This document shows positions 29,481 to 42,665 of a DNA stretch of 64,000 nucleotides, in pieces. The stretch is taken from contig CAVZTG010000008.1 in NCBI GenBank assembly GCA_963778195.1, positions 310,898 to 374,897 on the forward strand. Direction: 5' to 3'. How positions within the stretch are numbered: position 1 is the first letter of the stretch; each line of letters begins with the position of its first letter. The notes beneath the pieces are model-generated. The model made no database searches. It was not told the DNA's origin and saw only the letters and a program-made list of their open reading frames with translations. A program made the translations under genes and the position numbers. Source of the stretch: Terriglobales bacterium. Lineage in GTDB: Bacteria; Acidobacteriota; Terriglobia; Terriglobales; Acidobacteriaceae.

Positions 29481-30491
29481 CTAGACCAGAATCGGCGCAA
29501 GCGGCTGATCCTGCGCGGCCAGGACGAGCCGGTTGAGCAGCAGCGGCATTCTCTGGCTGAGCGCCTGCTCTGCGCTTAACCGCGCCATTTCAGGCAGATT
29601 GTTGCTTTCAGACAAGTGTGCCAGGACGACATACTGCGCGCTGCCGTCATATTCGGTAGTGAAGAAATCGGCCAGCGCGTGGTTGGAGAGGTGTCCGACT
29701 CGCGACATAACTCTCTGCTTGACGCTCCAGGGATAGGGGCCGTTGCGCAACATTTCCACATCGTGATTCGATTCCATCATCAGCACATCGCACTTTCTGA
29801 GGGCGGCACAGACATTCTGCGGAACGTAGCCGAGGTCGGTGGCGATGGCCATACGCAGCCCTTCGGCGCAGAAGACGAAGCCGACCGGGTCAGCGGCATC
29901 GTGGGGAATGGTGAACGCGGTGATCTCAATATCGCCGACACAAAATGTTGCGCCGGCGCGGAAGTATTCGACGGCCGGGAGGTAGGTAAGCTCGGCGGCG
30001 GTTTTTTCTCTGGGCAGCTTTTTTTCGGCCGGTGAGGGGCGGCCGCCGAGGCTGCGATATCGAGCGGGTTGGAGTCGTCGGAGTCGTCTGGGTCGGAGCC
30101 CCGGGTCGGACGATCTGGCCGGAGCTCGTCGGAGTCCGGATGCGTCGCAGATGGCCTGAGGGTTGGCAGCCTGGCGCGCGGCCATCCACTGGGCGTAGGT
30201 CATTTTCTTTTGCGGGGCCATCCAGCGCATCCAGGCACGATGGGTCGCCTCGGTGAAATAGACGGGGATATCGAGCTTGCGCGCCAGAACGGCGAGGCCC
30301 TGCACGTGGTCCTGATGCTCGTGAGTGATGACGATGGCGTCGAGGGTCTCGGGATCTTCTTCGGCCAGGCGCATGCGCCGCATCAGCTCGCGGCAGGAGA
30401 GGCCGGCATCGACCAGCAGGCGGGTCTGCCCGGTAGAGACAATGGTGCTGTTGCCCCGGGAGCCGCTGGCCAGCACTGTCATCCGCATCAT
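29481..30491 (-). CDS. MBL-fold metallo-hydrolase (YycJ/RNase-Z-like) with a ~70-aa low-complexity insertion
   Basis: 336-aa ORF with SGSRGNS, ITHEHQDHVQG (HxHxDH), a C-terminal conserved His (MMESNHD) and GHLSN. An Arg-rich insert (about 29990-30190) interrupts the fold. Confidence 0.75.
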   Translation of the reverse strand: MMRMTVLASGSRGNSTIVSTGQTRLLVDAGLSCRELMRRMRLAEEDPETLDAIVITHEHQDHVQGLAVLARKLDIPVYFTEATHRAWMRWMAPQKKMTYAQWMAARQAANPQAICDASGLRRAPARSSDPGLRPRRLRRLQPARYRSLGGRPSPAEKKLPREKTAAELTYLPAVEYFRAGATFCVGDIEITAFTIPHDAADPVGFVFCAEGLRMAIATDLGYVPQNVCAALRKCDVLMMESNHDVEMLRNGPYPWSVKQRVMSRVGHLSNHALADFFTTEYDGSAQYVVLAHLSESNNLPEMARLSAEQALSQRMPLLLNRLVLAAQDQPLAPILV

Positions 30492-30601
30492 CTCAAGCAG
30501 AATACGCCGTGAGTGTGGGAATCATGGACTAAACGGGGCATGTCCTCAGCAGAGACGCTTTGGGATGCGGGGGCGGCGATTTCCTGATTCGACGAAATCG
30601 C

Positions 30602-31469
30602 GCTAGCTTTCGTAGCGATAAAAACCGCGTCCCGACTTGCGCCCCAGCCAGCCTGCATCCACCATCTTGACCAGCAGCGGGCAGGGCCGGTACTTCGGAT
30701 CGCCCGGGCCCTGACTGCAGCACGCGCATGATGTCGAGGCAGACGTCGAGACCGATGAAGTCGGCCAGCGTCAGCGGGCCCATGGGATGCGCCATGCCCA
30801 GCTTGAAGACCTCGTCCACGGCCTCGGCCGTGGCCACGCCTTCCATCACGGCAAACATGGCCTCGTTGAGCAGCGGCATGAGCACGCGGTTGGAGACGAA
30901 CCCCGGCGCATCGTTGACCTCGACCGGCGTCTTGCCGAGCTGTTCGGCCAGCGCCTTGTAGCGTCGTAGGTGGCCTGGCTGGTCGCGAGGCCGCGAATGA
31001 CTTCGACCAGCTTCATCACCGGCACGGGATTGAAAAAGTGCATGCCGATGACGCGGCTCGGGCCGCGCGGTCTGCGCGGCGAGCTTGGTGATCGAAATGG
31101 AGGAGGTATTCGACGCCAGGATCACGCCCGGGCGCGCGATGCGGTCGAGCTCGTGAAAGAGCTGCTGCCTTGACCTCGAACTGCTCCGTCGCGGCCTCGA
31201 TGATAAAGTCGCACTGCGGCAAGATCGTCGCGCCGCAGGGTGCCGATGATGCGACTCCAGCGCACTGCCGCGTCGTCCGGCTGAGTGATCTTGCCTTTGG
31301 CGGCCTCGCGATCGAGGTTCTTTTTGGATGGCTGCCATGCCGCGATCGAGAAACCGCTGCTCGACCTCGCACAGGTGCACGTTGAATCCGGCACGCGCGC
31401 AAACACGTGCGCGATGCCGTTGCCCATCGTGCCTGCGCCGACCACTCCGATGCATTTGATCTCAGCCAT
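30602..31469 (-). pseudogene. 3-hydroxybutyryl-CoA / 3-hydroxyacyl-CoA dehydrogenase, about 7 frame changes in 870 bp
   Basis: Pieces of one Hbd-like protein occur in all three minus frames: MAEIKCIGVVGAGTMGNGIAHVFAR / AGFNVHLCEVEQRFLDRGMAAIQK / NLDREAAKGKITQPDDAA / QCDFIIEAATEQFEVKAA / [29 protein letters not shown] / [18 protein letters not shown] / [37 protein letters not shown] / [32 protein letters not shown]-stop (TAG at 30602-30604). Confidence 0.85.
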
Positions 31470-31499
31470 TTGCTGTCCCTTAATTTTTGCCTGCGCCGG

Positions 31500-32246
31500 C
31501 TAGAGCGCTCGTACCAGCAGGCAGGTGATGTTGTCGCGGCCGCCCGAGGCCAGGGCCGCCTTGACCAGTGCGGTGCACGCGGTAGAAAGCTTGTGCTCGC
31601 TCTTGAGAACCTGCAGCAGCCCGTCGTGGCCGACCTCGCGGGTGAGGCCATCGGTGCAGAGCAGAAAGACGTCTCCGGCGGCCACTTCGATGGGGAGAAC
31701 ATCCGGCTCGGTGGCGGCTGACGATCCAATCGCGCGCGTGATGACGTTTCTCAGCGGCGAACGCTCGGCCTCTTCGCGGGTGAGCTGACCGGATTTGACC
31801 TGCTCCTCAACGAACGAGTGGTCGGAGGTCATCTGGTCCAACCGGCCGTCGCGCAGGCGGTAGGCGCGACTGTCGCCCGCATGCACCAGCCAGCCGTGTC
31901 GCGCAGTCTGGGCGAGCAACAAAGCCACGAGGGTGGTGCCCATGCCCTGCCGGCGCTCATCTTTTTGTGCCGCGTCTCGCACTGCCTGGTCGGCACGGCG
32001 CACGGCGGCGCGGGCGCCATCCTGGCTGAACTCTTCCAACCCGTCGAGGGTGGCAAGAAAAGACTCCGTCGCCACACGGCTGGCTACCTCGCCGGCCGCA
32101 GCTCCGCCCATTCCGTCGCAGACGACGAAGGCGCCCCGCTCCAGGCGAATGCCGTAGGCATCCTCATTGCCCTCGCGCACCAAGCCGATGTTGGTCGCCG
32201 CCGCTGCTTCCCACTTATGGTTGGTAACCTCTTGCATGCCCGGCAT
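31500..32246 (-). CDS. PP2C-family Ser/Thr protein phosphatase (Stp-like)
   Basis: Intact 248-aa ORF with PP2C motifs (REGNEDAY, VCDGMGG, LVHAGDSRAY, LLCTDGL, GGRDNITC). Confidence 0.9.
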   Translation of the reverse strand: MPGMQEVTNHKWEAAAATNIGLVREGNEDAYGIRLERGAFVVCDGMGGAAAGEVASRVATESFLATLDGLEEFSQDGARAAVRRADQAVRDAAQKDERRQGMGTTLVALLLAQTARHGWLVHAGDSRAYRLRDGRLDQMTSDHSFVEEQVKSGQLTREEAERSPLRNVITRAIGSSAATEPDVLPIEVAAGDVFLLCTDGLTREVGHDGLLQVLKSEHKLSTACTALVKAALASGGRDNITCLLVRAL

Positions 32247-32439
32247 GAAGACTACATTGTCCCGGCTCGGGTTACCAAATTCTTTCTTGCCCGCCCTTTA
32301 GCCGGGTCTTCTGTCCCGAATCCGCGTAATTTCGGGGGTCAGCGCAAATCTTTTTTCCGGCCGCCGGCAAATGTTGGCCACGGCAGCGAACGCCATGCTA
32401 ACGTAGGCCGATTCTCACTCCGCATTCTGGGAAAAGCCT

Positions 32440-34125
32440 GTGAAAGCTCTTTATCGGCCACGCCGACTGCCTGCCCGCTTGTCGCTCATAGCCACGATGC
32501 TGATTGCTGCCGTTGCGATGGCGGTTGAGCTCCCGGTGCCGGCTGAGGCGCAGAGCAAAGCCGCCGGCGTATCCTGCACCGCGCTGGGGCCGGGCCGCCC
32601 GGCAGCGAACAGCGCAGAAAGAGCACTCTGGAACCGCGAGTGGGAGGTCGCGGCGACGGAGTATCAGAAGCTGCTCAGCGCGCATCCTGAAGACCCCGCA
32701 GCAGTCGCCGGCCTGACCCGCGCGTATCTCGCAGAGTGGAAAAATGCCGAGGCTGCGACGCTGGTCGCTTCGGTGCGGGCGGCGGATTCGAAGTCTGCGC
32801 CACTGGTCGCCGCCGCCGGCGAGGTCGCGCTGCAGCAGGGCAACGTTCCGGCTGCGTGGAAGCTCTTTGTCAACGCAATCCAGAAAGACGTCTGCTATCC
32901 GCGCGCGCATTTCGACATGTACAAAATCATGGAGCTGAGCTCGATGCATGCGTCGGCGTATAAGCAGCTGAAGGTGGCCAACCAGCTGGATCCGACTGAC
33001 CCGGATATTTACTGGGCGATGGATTCAACCCGCTCGCTCGAGGAGCGCATCGCCACCGTGATGCGGGAACTGGGGGCAAAGAATATCAGCGAGAGCGACA
33101 AGGCCAGGGGAGAGCGGCGCCTGGGGTATCTGCAGGAGCAGCAGGAGGCGGCGCGACACCACTGCCACCTGGTGACTCCACTCACCTCGGCGCAAGTCTC
33201 AATGACGCCGCATGCCAATGACGTCGGGCAAATGGGAGCGTGGGCGCTGGACATGAGCATCAACAAGCAATCGCCGGTGCGCCTCACGATTGATACCGGC
33301 GCGAGCGGAATTCTCATCAACCGGATTGCTGCTGAGAAGGCGGGACTCAAATCCGTCGTCTCTACCAAGATTAGCGGCATCGGCGACCAGGGCGCGGTGA
33401 GCGGATACATGGCCTATGCCGACAGCCTGCGGATCGGCGGGATGGAATTCGCCGACTGCCCGGTTATCGTCAGCGATCAGCGCAGTGTCGTCGGCTCGAG
33501 CGGGCTGGTGGGAATGGACGTGTTCCAGGACTTCATGGTCACGCTGGATTACCCGCTGCGAAAATTCGGGCTGCAGCCGCTGCCACAGAATGCGGCCACC
33601 CCGGCGGAGCCTCTGGCGCTGACTTCTTCGGTGACGCCGGGCCAGAACGCCACCGCGATGAGCGACCCCTACGACGGGCCCGAGGTGAAAGATTTTGTGC
33701 CGATGTATGTTGCCGGCGAAAGCAAGTTGATCATCAACACGCAGCTGAACGATGCGACAAACAAGCTGATGTTGATTGATACGGGCAGCACGGGTTCGGA
33801 CGCGCTTTTCAACTCGCGGGTGTCGCCGCAATTTGTCAAGACGACCCTGGACCACTCTCTGCGCGACTCGTTCCGCGGCCTCTCAGGCAAGGTCGCCAAC
33901 GTTTACACGGTTGGCTTCGTGACCATGCGTTACGGCAAGGACCTGCAAATGCACCTCGGCGGCGACCCGGCCATTGATCTCGACTCTTTCAGCCGCGAAG
34001 TGGGTATGGAACTTGCGGGCTTTATCGCCGACCAGGGGCTCTACCAGCTGATCATTGATATTGACTATCGCGACGGGCTCATTCGCTTTCGCCACGATCG
34101 CAGGCACGGATCAAACGCGTGGTGA
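32440..34125 (+). CDS. secreted TPR-repeat protein with two retropepsin-like (clan AA) aspartic protease domains
   Basis: 561-aa ORF with a GTG start and signal peptide. TPR-like helical repeats span about aa 60-230. The first catalytic-type motif LTIDTGASGILIN has its DTG at 33292-33300, and the second, LMLIDTGSTGS, has its DTG at 33778-33786. Confidence 0.75.
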   Translation: MKALYRPRRLPARLSLIATMLIAAVAMAVELPVPAEAQSKAAGVSCTALGPGRPAANSAERALWNREWEVAATEYQKLLSAHPEDPAAVAGLTRAYLAEWKNAEAATLVASVRAADSKSAPLVAAAGEVALQQGNVPAAWKLFVNAIQKDVCYPRAHFDMYKIMELSSMHASAYKQLKVANQLDPTDPDIYWAMDSTRSLEERIATVMRELGAKNISESDKARGERRLGYLQEQQEAARHHCHLVTPLTSAQVSMTPHANDVGQMGAWALDMSINKQSPVRLTIDTGASGILINRIAAEKAGLKSVVSTKISGIGDQGAVSGYMAYADSLRIGGMEFADCPVIVSDQRSVVGSSGLVGMDVFQDFMVTLDYPLRKFGLQPLPQNAATPAEPLALTSSVTPGQNATAMSDPYDGPEVKDFVPMYVAGESKLIINTQLNDATNKLMLIDTGSTGSDALFNSRVSPQFVKTTLDHSLRDSFRGLSGKVANVYTVGFVTMRYGKDLQMHLGGDPAIDLDSFSREVGMELAGFIADQGLYQLIIDIDYRDGLIRFRHDRRHGSNAW

Positions 34126-35866
34126 CGCCCAGATCTTTTCCGTCATCATTCGCGATGGCAGCGGCGGTTGTGCTGCTGTGCGCGGCCCCGGCCCATGCGG
34201 TCGCCTGCAAATCGGTTCCAGCGAACCAGCCGCCGGGGAACGAGGCGGAGAAGGCCTATTTCGCAGGGGACTTCAAGACAGCCGCATCGGAGTATCAGAA
34301 GCTGGTCGCTGCCCATCCCGACGACGCCAACCTGGCTGAGCGCATGGTCTGGTCGCTGATCCAATCGGGCGACGTTGATGCCGCGGTGTCGGCCGCGAAC
34401 GCCGTGGTTGCGGCGCATCCCGGCTCGGCAGCGGCCCAGACAGCAGAGGGCGAGGTGCTTTTTCGCCAGGGCCACATTGATGAGGCGGACAAGGCCTTCT
34501 CCCGGGCAACGCAGCTTGACCCTTGCTATCCGTTCGCCAGAATCGGCATTGCGCGAGTGGCCCGCGCCAGCTCGATGTACGCGTCATCGCGCACCGCGAT
34601 CCGGACGGCATATGCGCTCAACCCTGCGGATCCGGAGATTCGCACGCTCTGGATCAGCACGTTGCCGGCCGCGGAACAGCTCACGCAGCTCAAGAAGCTG
34701 ATGGAGCACAGCGAGCAACTCGGGGAGAAACAGACGGAGCGACTGCAGGCCCGCATTGACCGCGAGGAGGAATTTCTCGACGACCCGTCGCAGCAATCCT
34801 GCCACCTGGTGTCGGCGGTAGAGCAGACCGACATCCCCATGGTGCCCATCATGCGCGACATGACCCACATTGAGAAGTGGGCGCTGGACACAAGTATTAA
34901 TGGCAAGACAGCGAGGCTGGCGATTGACAGCGGAGCGTCGGGACTGCTGGTGGGACGCGCCTTTGCGCAACATGCCGGCCTGAAGTTCAAGGAGGACGCC
35001 AAAATTGGCGGCTTCGGCGATCACGGCCCGCGACTGGCTCATCTGGCTTATGCCTCGACCATTCGCATCGGCAAACTCGAGTTTGAAAACTGCATGGTCC
35101 GCATAACAGACAGCCGCGAAGTTTTAGGAATGGACGGCCTGATCGGCAGCGACGTATTCCGCTCCTACCTGGTCTCGATCAATTTTCCTGACCACAAGCT
35201 GGGACTGTCGCCATTGCCGCCGCGACCTGGAGGCGAGTCGGGCGGCTCGACCGCTTCGCTCTCAACCAACGCCGACCAGTCGTCATCGGAAGCGGTCTCG
35301 GGGTCGGTGCCGGGGGCGGGGCGGGGACGGGGCAGTCCGGTGCCAGCCATGGGCCGTACGACTCATATGTCGCGCCGGAGATGAAAAACTTCACGCCGAT
35401 TTTTCGCTTCGGCCATCTGCTGCTGATCCGGGCTTCGATAAATAACGGGCCGCCGGGGTTGATGGTGCTCGACACTGGGAATTTCTCGATGTCAATCAGC
35501 CGGGCTGCTGCCAGGGGCGTGACGCACGCTTATTCAGATAGCGCCGACGAACTTGAGGGCCTCAGCGGCCGGGTTGAAAAGCTTGCGACCGGCGGAAAGA
35601 TTGACGTGCGCTTTGGTCACGCGGAAGCGGCGATTCGCGACATTCTCATCATGGACCACTCGGCCATGAGCCAAAGCATCGGCACGGAAATCTCCGGCTT
35701 CCTGGGCTATCCGGCGCTGCGAAGCCTGGTCTTCCAGATTGACTACCGCGACGGGCTGGTCAACTTTATCTATGACAAGAACAAGGACGCGTTCCGCTCC
35801 AAGGGCCCGCTGCCGCCCTGTGGGGCGTGCATTCCGACCGGCTATATCAACACGCCGCCGGAATAA
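34119..35866 (+). pseudogene. paralogous TPR + double retropepsin-like aspartic protease protein, frame break inside a G-run cluster near 35300-35335
   Basis: The ORF at 34119-35384 has a signal peptide, TPR repeats and LAIDSGASGLLVG (DSG at 34926-34934). The second lobe is in the next frame (ORF 35381-35866, which extends upstream as ..GPYDSYVAPEMKNFTPIFRF..GLMVLDTGNF, DTG at 35471-35479). It is colinear with the 32440 gene, including the shared CHLV motif before lobe 1. Confidence 0.75.
35300..35332 (+). other. canonical G-quadruplex motif / G-homopolymer cluster inside a coding region
   Basis: The sequence GGGGTCGGTGCCGGGGGCGGGGCGGGGACGGGG has five runs of at least 4 G, and the last four are separated by loops of 1-2 nt. 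Confidence 0.7.
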
Positions 35867-35901
35867 TCGCCGCGGCTGATTTATTGTTCCGCCGGTGGCG
35901 G

Positions 35902-36372
35902 CTACTCGGAGTGGCCCGTGCTGCCTGCCGACAGCAGCTTGCGCTCGGCCTCGAAGATGACTTCGTTCGCCTCTTCATAGGCCGCAGGATTGTCGCCCGC
36001 CTGTTGCCACATTTTGGCGCCGCGCTCCAGCTCTTCGCGGGCCTCGCCAGTGTCAATCTGCGCGGGAGTTTCCGCCAGCTCCGCCAGCATGGTCACGCGA
36101 TGGGGCAGAACCTCGACAAATCCCCACGCCACGAAATAGCGCTGCTCGCCAGCCTCGCCGCCGTGCAGGCTGACATCGCCCGCGCCGAGCTCGGACAGGA
36201 GCGGGGCGTGACCGGGGAGGACCTCCATGTAGCCATTCGCGGCCGGCAACTCCACCGCACTCGCGGTCGTGTCGAGCAGAATCCGGTCCGGAGTTACCAG
36301 CCTCACCTGGATGAGGTTCTCCGCGACCGCGTTCCCGCCGGCTGCGCTCGTGTTGTGGTTTGTCTCTGCCAT
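35902..36372 (-). CDS. atpC: F0F1 ATP synthase subunit epsilon
   Basis: 156-aa ORF lying 3 nt after atpD, with LVTPDRILLD..LPAANGYMEVLPGHAPLL. Confidence 0.9.
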   Translation of the reverse strand: MAETNHNTSAAGGNAVAENLIQVRLVTPDRILLDTTASAVELPAANGYMEVLPGHAPLLSELGAGDVSLHGGEAGEQRYFVAWGFVEVLPHRVTMLAELAETPAQIDTGEAREELERGAKMWQQAGDNPAAYEEANEVIFEAERKLLSAGSTGHSE

Positions 36373-36375
36373 TGG

Positions 36376-38937
<2,562 letters not shown>

Positions 38938-38952
38938 AGGGAGAGTGCGCCT

Positions 38953-40527
<1,575 letters not shown>

Positions 40528-40598
40528 CTAGGGTTTCAAAATTCGTTGATTCGCTGCTTAATCCCGAGCTTCTCATTCTCAGGATTTCTGCTGTGCTT

Positions 40599-41141
40599 CT
40601 AATCCGCGGCCAGTTGCGTTTTCAGCCGTTGAAACTGGCCCTTCAGTGAACCGTCATACACCGTTGATCCGACCCGCACCAAGGCTCCGCCCAAAAGCGA
40701 GGGGTCGAGCCGGTAGCGGGTCCGCACCTTTGCGCTGCCTACAATTTTTGCGATGCCGCTATCCAACTCGCTGCGCTCGGCGGCTGAGAGTTCACGCGCG
40801 GTAACGACTTCGGCCTCGGCCATTCCGCTGCGCCGGTCGAGCTCCAACTGGGTCTCGGTGAGGATCTCGGATAAAGCGCCGATGCGGTTATGCTCCAGCA
40901 GCACGGCGAGGAAGTTTCTGGTCGCGCCGTTGGTGCCCAGCCTGGCGCAAAGCGCATCCAGCAGGCGCAGCTTCTGCTCAAAGACCACGGAGGGATTGCT
41001 CAACACTTCGCGCAGGTCGCGGCTCTCGGCGAATGTAGCGCCGAATGCGTTGAGCTCTTCCATCGCTTTCGCCGGATCGAGACTGGTCTTCTCCGCCACA
41101 TCGGCGAAGGCCCGGGCATAGAGCTGCACAAATGCTGCCAT
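40599..41141 (-). CDS. atpH: F0F1 ATP synthase subunit delta (OSCP)
   Basis: 180-aa ORF between atpF and atpA with OSCP-like sequence (..GGALVRVGSTVYDGSLKGQ). Its start overlaps the atpF stop by 1 nt. Confidence 0.85.
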   Translation of the reverse strand: MAAFVQLYARAFADVAEKTSLDPAKAMEELNAFGATFAESRDLREVLSNPSVVFEQKLRLLDALCARLGTNGATRNFLAVLLEHNRIGALSEILTETQLELDRRSGMAEAEVVTARELSAAERSELDSGIAKIVGSAKVRTRYRLDPSLLGGALVRVGSTVYDGSLKGQFQRLKTQLAAD

Positions 41142-41896
41142 CAGTTCTTGTCCCCCAGCGTCTGGGCAAAGCGGCCGATGATTTTTCCGTCCATGTCGTC
41201 GGTCAAGCGCAGCTTCTTCTCCGCCTGGCCGACGGCGAGCTCGGCGGCCAGCTGCTTCAACTCGCGACGCGCCTGGGCTCCGGCGGCGGTGATCTCCTGC
41301 TCGGCGGAGTCAATAATTTTTTCCTTCTCCGATTCCATCAGCGAGCGGAAGCGCTCTTCCTCGGCCTGCAGGTCGCGCTCGGACTGCCCGTGGAGGCGAA
41401 TGATCTCGTCGTCGAGCCGGGAGAGCCGCTCCTCGACATCGGCGAGGCGCCGCCGCGATTCCTCTGACGTCTGCCGGGCCTCTTCGAGATGGCGTTGAAT
41501 GCGGGCGCCGCGATTGCGAAACATCTGCGGCAGGAATTTGACGAGCAGCCAGGCCAGCGCCACGAATACAACTCCGACATTCAGCCACTCGGAAACGTCG
41601 GCCAGGCGCTCGGGAGAAACGTGGAGACGCCGGGCGATGTAGCGAGTGGAGTCGGAGACGCGATACTGCTGCTTCTCGTCCTCGGGCTCCTGGTCTGCGG
41701 CTGGCCTGGCTTCGCCGTTGGCCTGCGGGCCGCTGGCATCGGTAGTTGCCGGAGCGGTGGCTGCGGGAGCGGGCTCGGCCGCTGTTTGTGCGCGCGCGAT
41801 ACCGGCAGTGAGCCCGACGGCGAGCAGGACGGCGAAAAACGCGGCCCTTAAAATTCCAATTTTCATTGCCTGTCCCATGCCAGCGTGGCGCTTCAT
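41141..41896 (-). CDS. atpF: F0F1 ATP synthase subunit b with ~95-aa N-terminal extension (extra hydrophobic segment + Ala/Pro/Thr/acidic linker)
   Basis: 251-aa ORF. The C-terminal 150 aa are b-subunit-like: a TM helix (VGVVFVALAWLLVKFL) followed by a long charged coiled coil. The ATG at 41896 overlaps the b-prime stop (ATGA), which supports the long form. Confidence 0.8.
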   Translation of the reverse strand: MKRHAGMGQAMKIGILRAAFFAVLLAVGLTAGIARAQTAAEPAPAATAPATTDASGPQANGEARPAADQEPEDEKQQYRVSDSTRYIARRLHVSPERLADVSEWLNVGVVFVALAWLLVKFLPQMFRNRGARIQRHLEEARQTSEESRRRLADVEERLSRLDDEIIRLHGQSERDLQAEEERFRSLMESEKEKIIDSAEQEITAAGAQARRELKQLAAELAVGQAEKKLRLTDDMDGKIIGRFAQTLGDKN

Positions 41897-42339
41897 CGCG
41901 CGCCCCCGCCGAGTACGGCGTTGAGCACCTGGTCGGCGAGCGCTGCGGCGGACTTTTCAATCGTCCCGCGCGCTTCAGACGCGTCCTGCTCCAGCTCAAC
42001 CTTCGCCGTCCGCACTTTGATCTGCGCGCGTTCCCGGGCGGAGCCGAGAATCTCATCGCGCTCCACATTCCACTGCTGCTTGCGATGCTCACGGGCCAGT
42101 TGAATGCCGTTTCTCGCCAGCCGCAGCCGTCCCTCATACTCCCGCGTCTTGGCCTCGACCATGGCGATTCCCTGGCGCGCCTGCTCCATCGCGCCGGTGG
42201 TCAGCTCGCGCCGTTTGTCCAATACCTTGTGCAAAGGGTTGTGGACAAGCCAGCGATAGAGCGCGATCGAGAGCAGAAAGAGCACGATGGTCGGCACGGA
42301 GCCGAGCACCAGCTCGCCAATCTGATGGAGAATTTCCAT
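41893..42339 (-). CDS. F0F1 ATP synthase subunit b-prime
   Basis: 148-aa ORF with one N-terminal TM helix (LGSVPTIVLFLLSIALY) and a charged helix. It is the first gene of the cluster. Confidence 0.8.
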   Translation of the reverse strand: MEILHQIGELVLGSVPTIVLFLLSIALYRWLVHNPLHKVLDKRRELTTGAMEQARQGIAMVEAKTREYEGRLRLARNGIQLAREHRKQQWNVERDEILGSARERAQIKVRTAKVELEQDASEARGTIEKSAAALADQVLNAVLGGGAR

Positions 42340-42390
42340 AGGTGTATTCGGGAGAGAACAGGAGTACTAAATGTCTTGGCTGAACACTCT

Positions 42391-42419
42391 TTTATATAAA
42401 CCTGCGCGTGCCATGTCAA
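42391..42419 (-). promoter_or_regulatory. candidate sigma70-type promoter for the atp b-prime operon
   Basis: The minus strand reads TTGACA-tggcacgcgcaggttta-TATAAA (17-nt spacer), about 50 nt upstream of the 42339 start. This rests on pattern match only. Confidence 0.35.
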
Positions 42420-42665
42420 CCGCAGGCGGTCGCGTGAAAAGCTGTCAATTGCACGAAAATCGGGCAGTTTTCGCGCTCAATCCTCTTGACAGACATGTGG
42501 CGTGGACTAGACTAAAAAGTACCACCAGACCCGTTTCAGGGTCGGACGGGCTGTAGCGCCAGGGACACTCCACCACGCCCGCGCAGCGGCCCGTTGCTAT
42601 TTGTGGCCAACAATTTTTTCTGAATTTCTAATTTGCGCGACGCCGGCTTTAGCGCGCGGAATTTT

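Noticed and set aside
42486-42620. Plus-strand TTGACA-N16-TAGACT promoter-like element that could drive a ~100-nt small RNA between hflX and the atp cluster. SRP RNA and 6S RNA were considered.
   Set aside because: The downstream sequence lacks the SRP domain IV motif and a convincing terminator hairpin before the T-run. Three TTGACA hexamers occur in this spacer, and the minus-strand one fits the atp operon better. It would need RNA-seq to revive.
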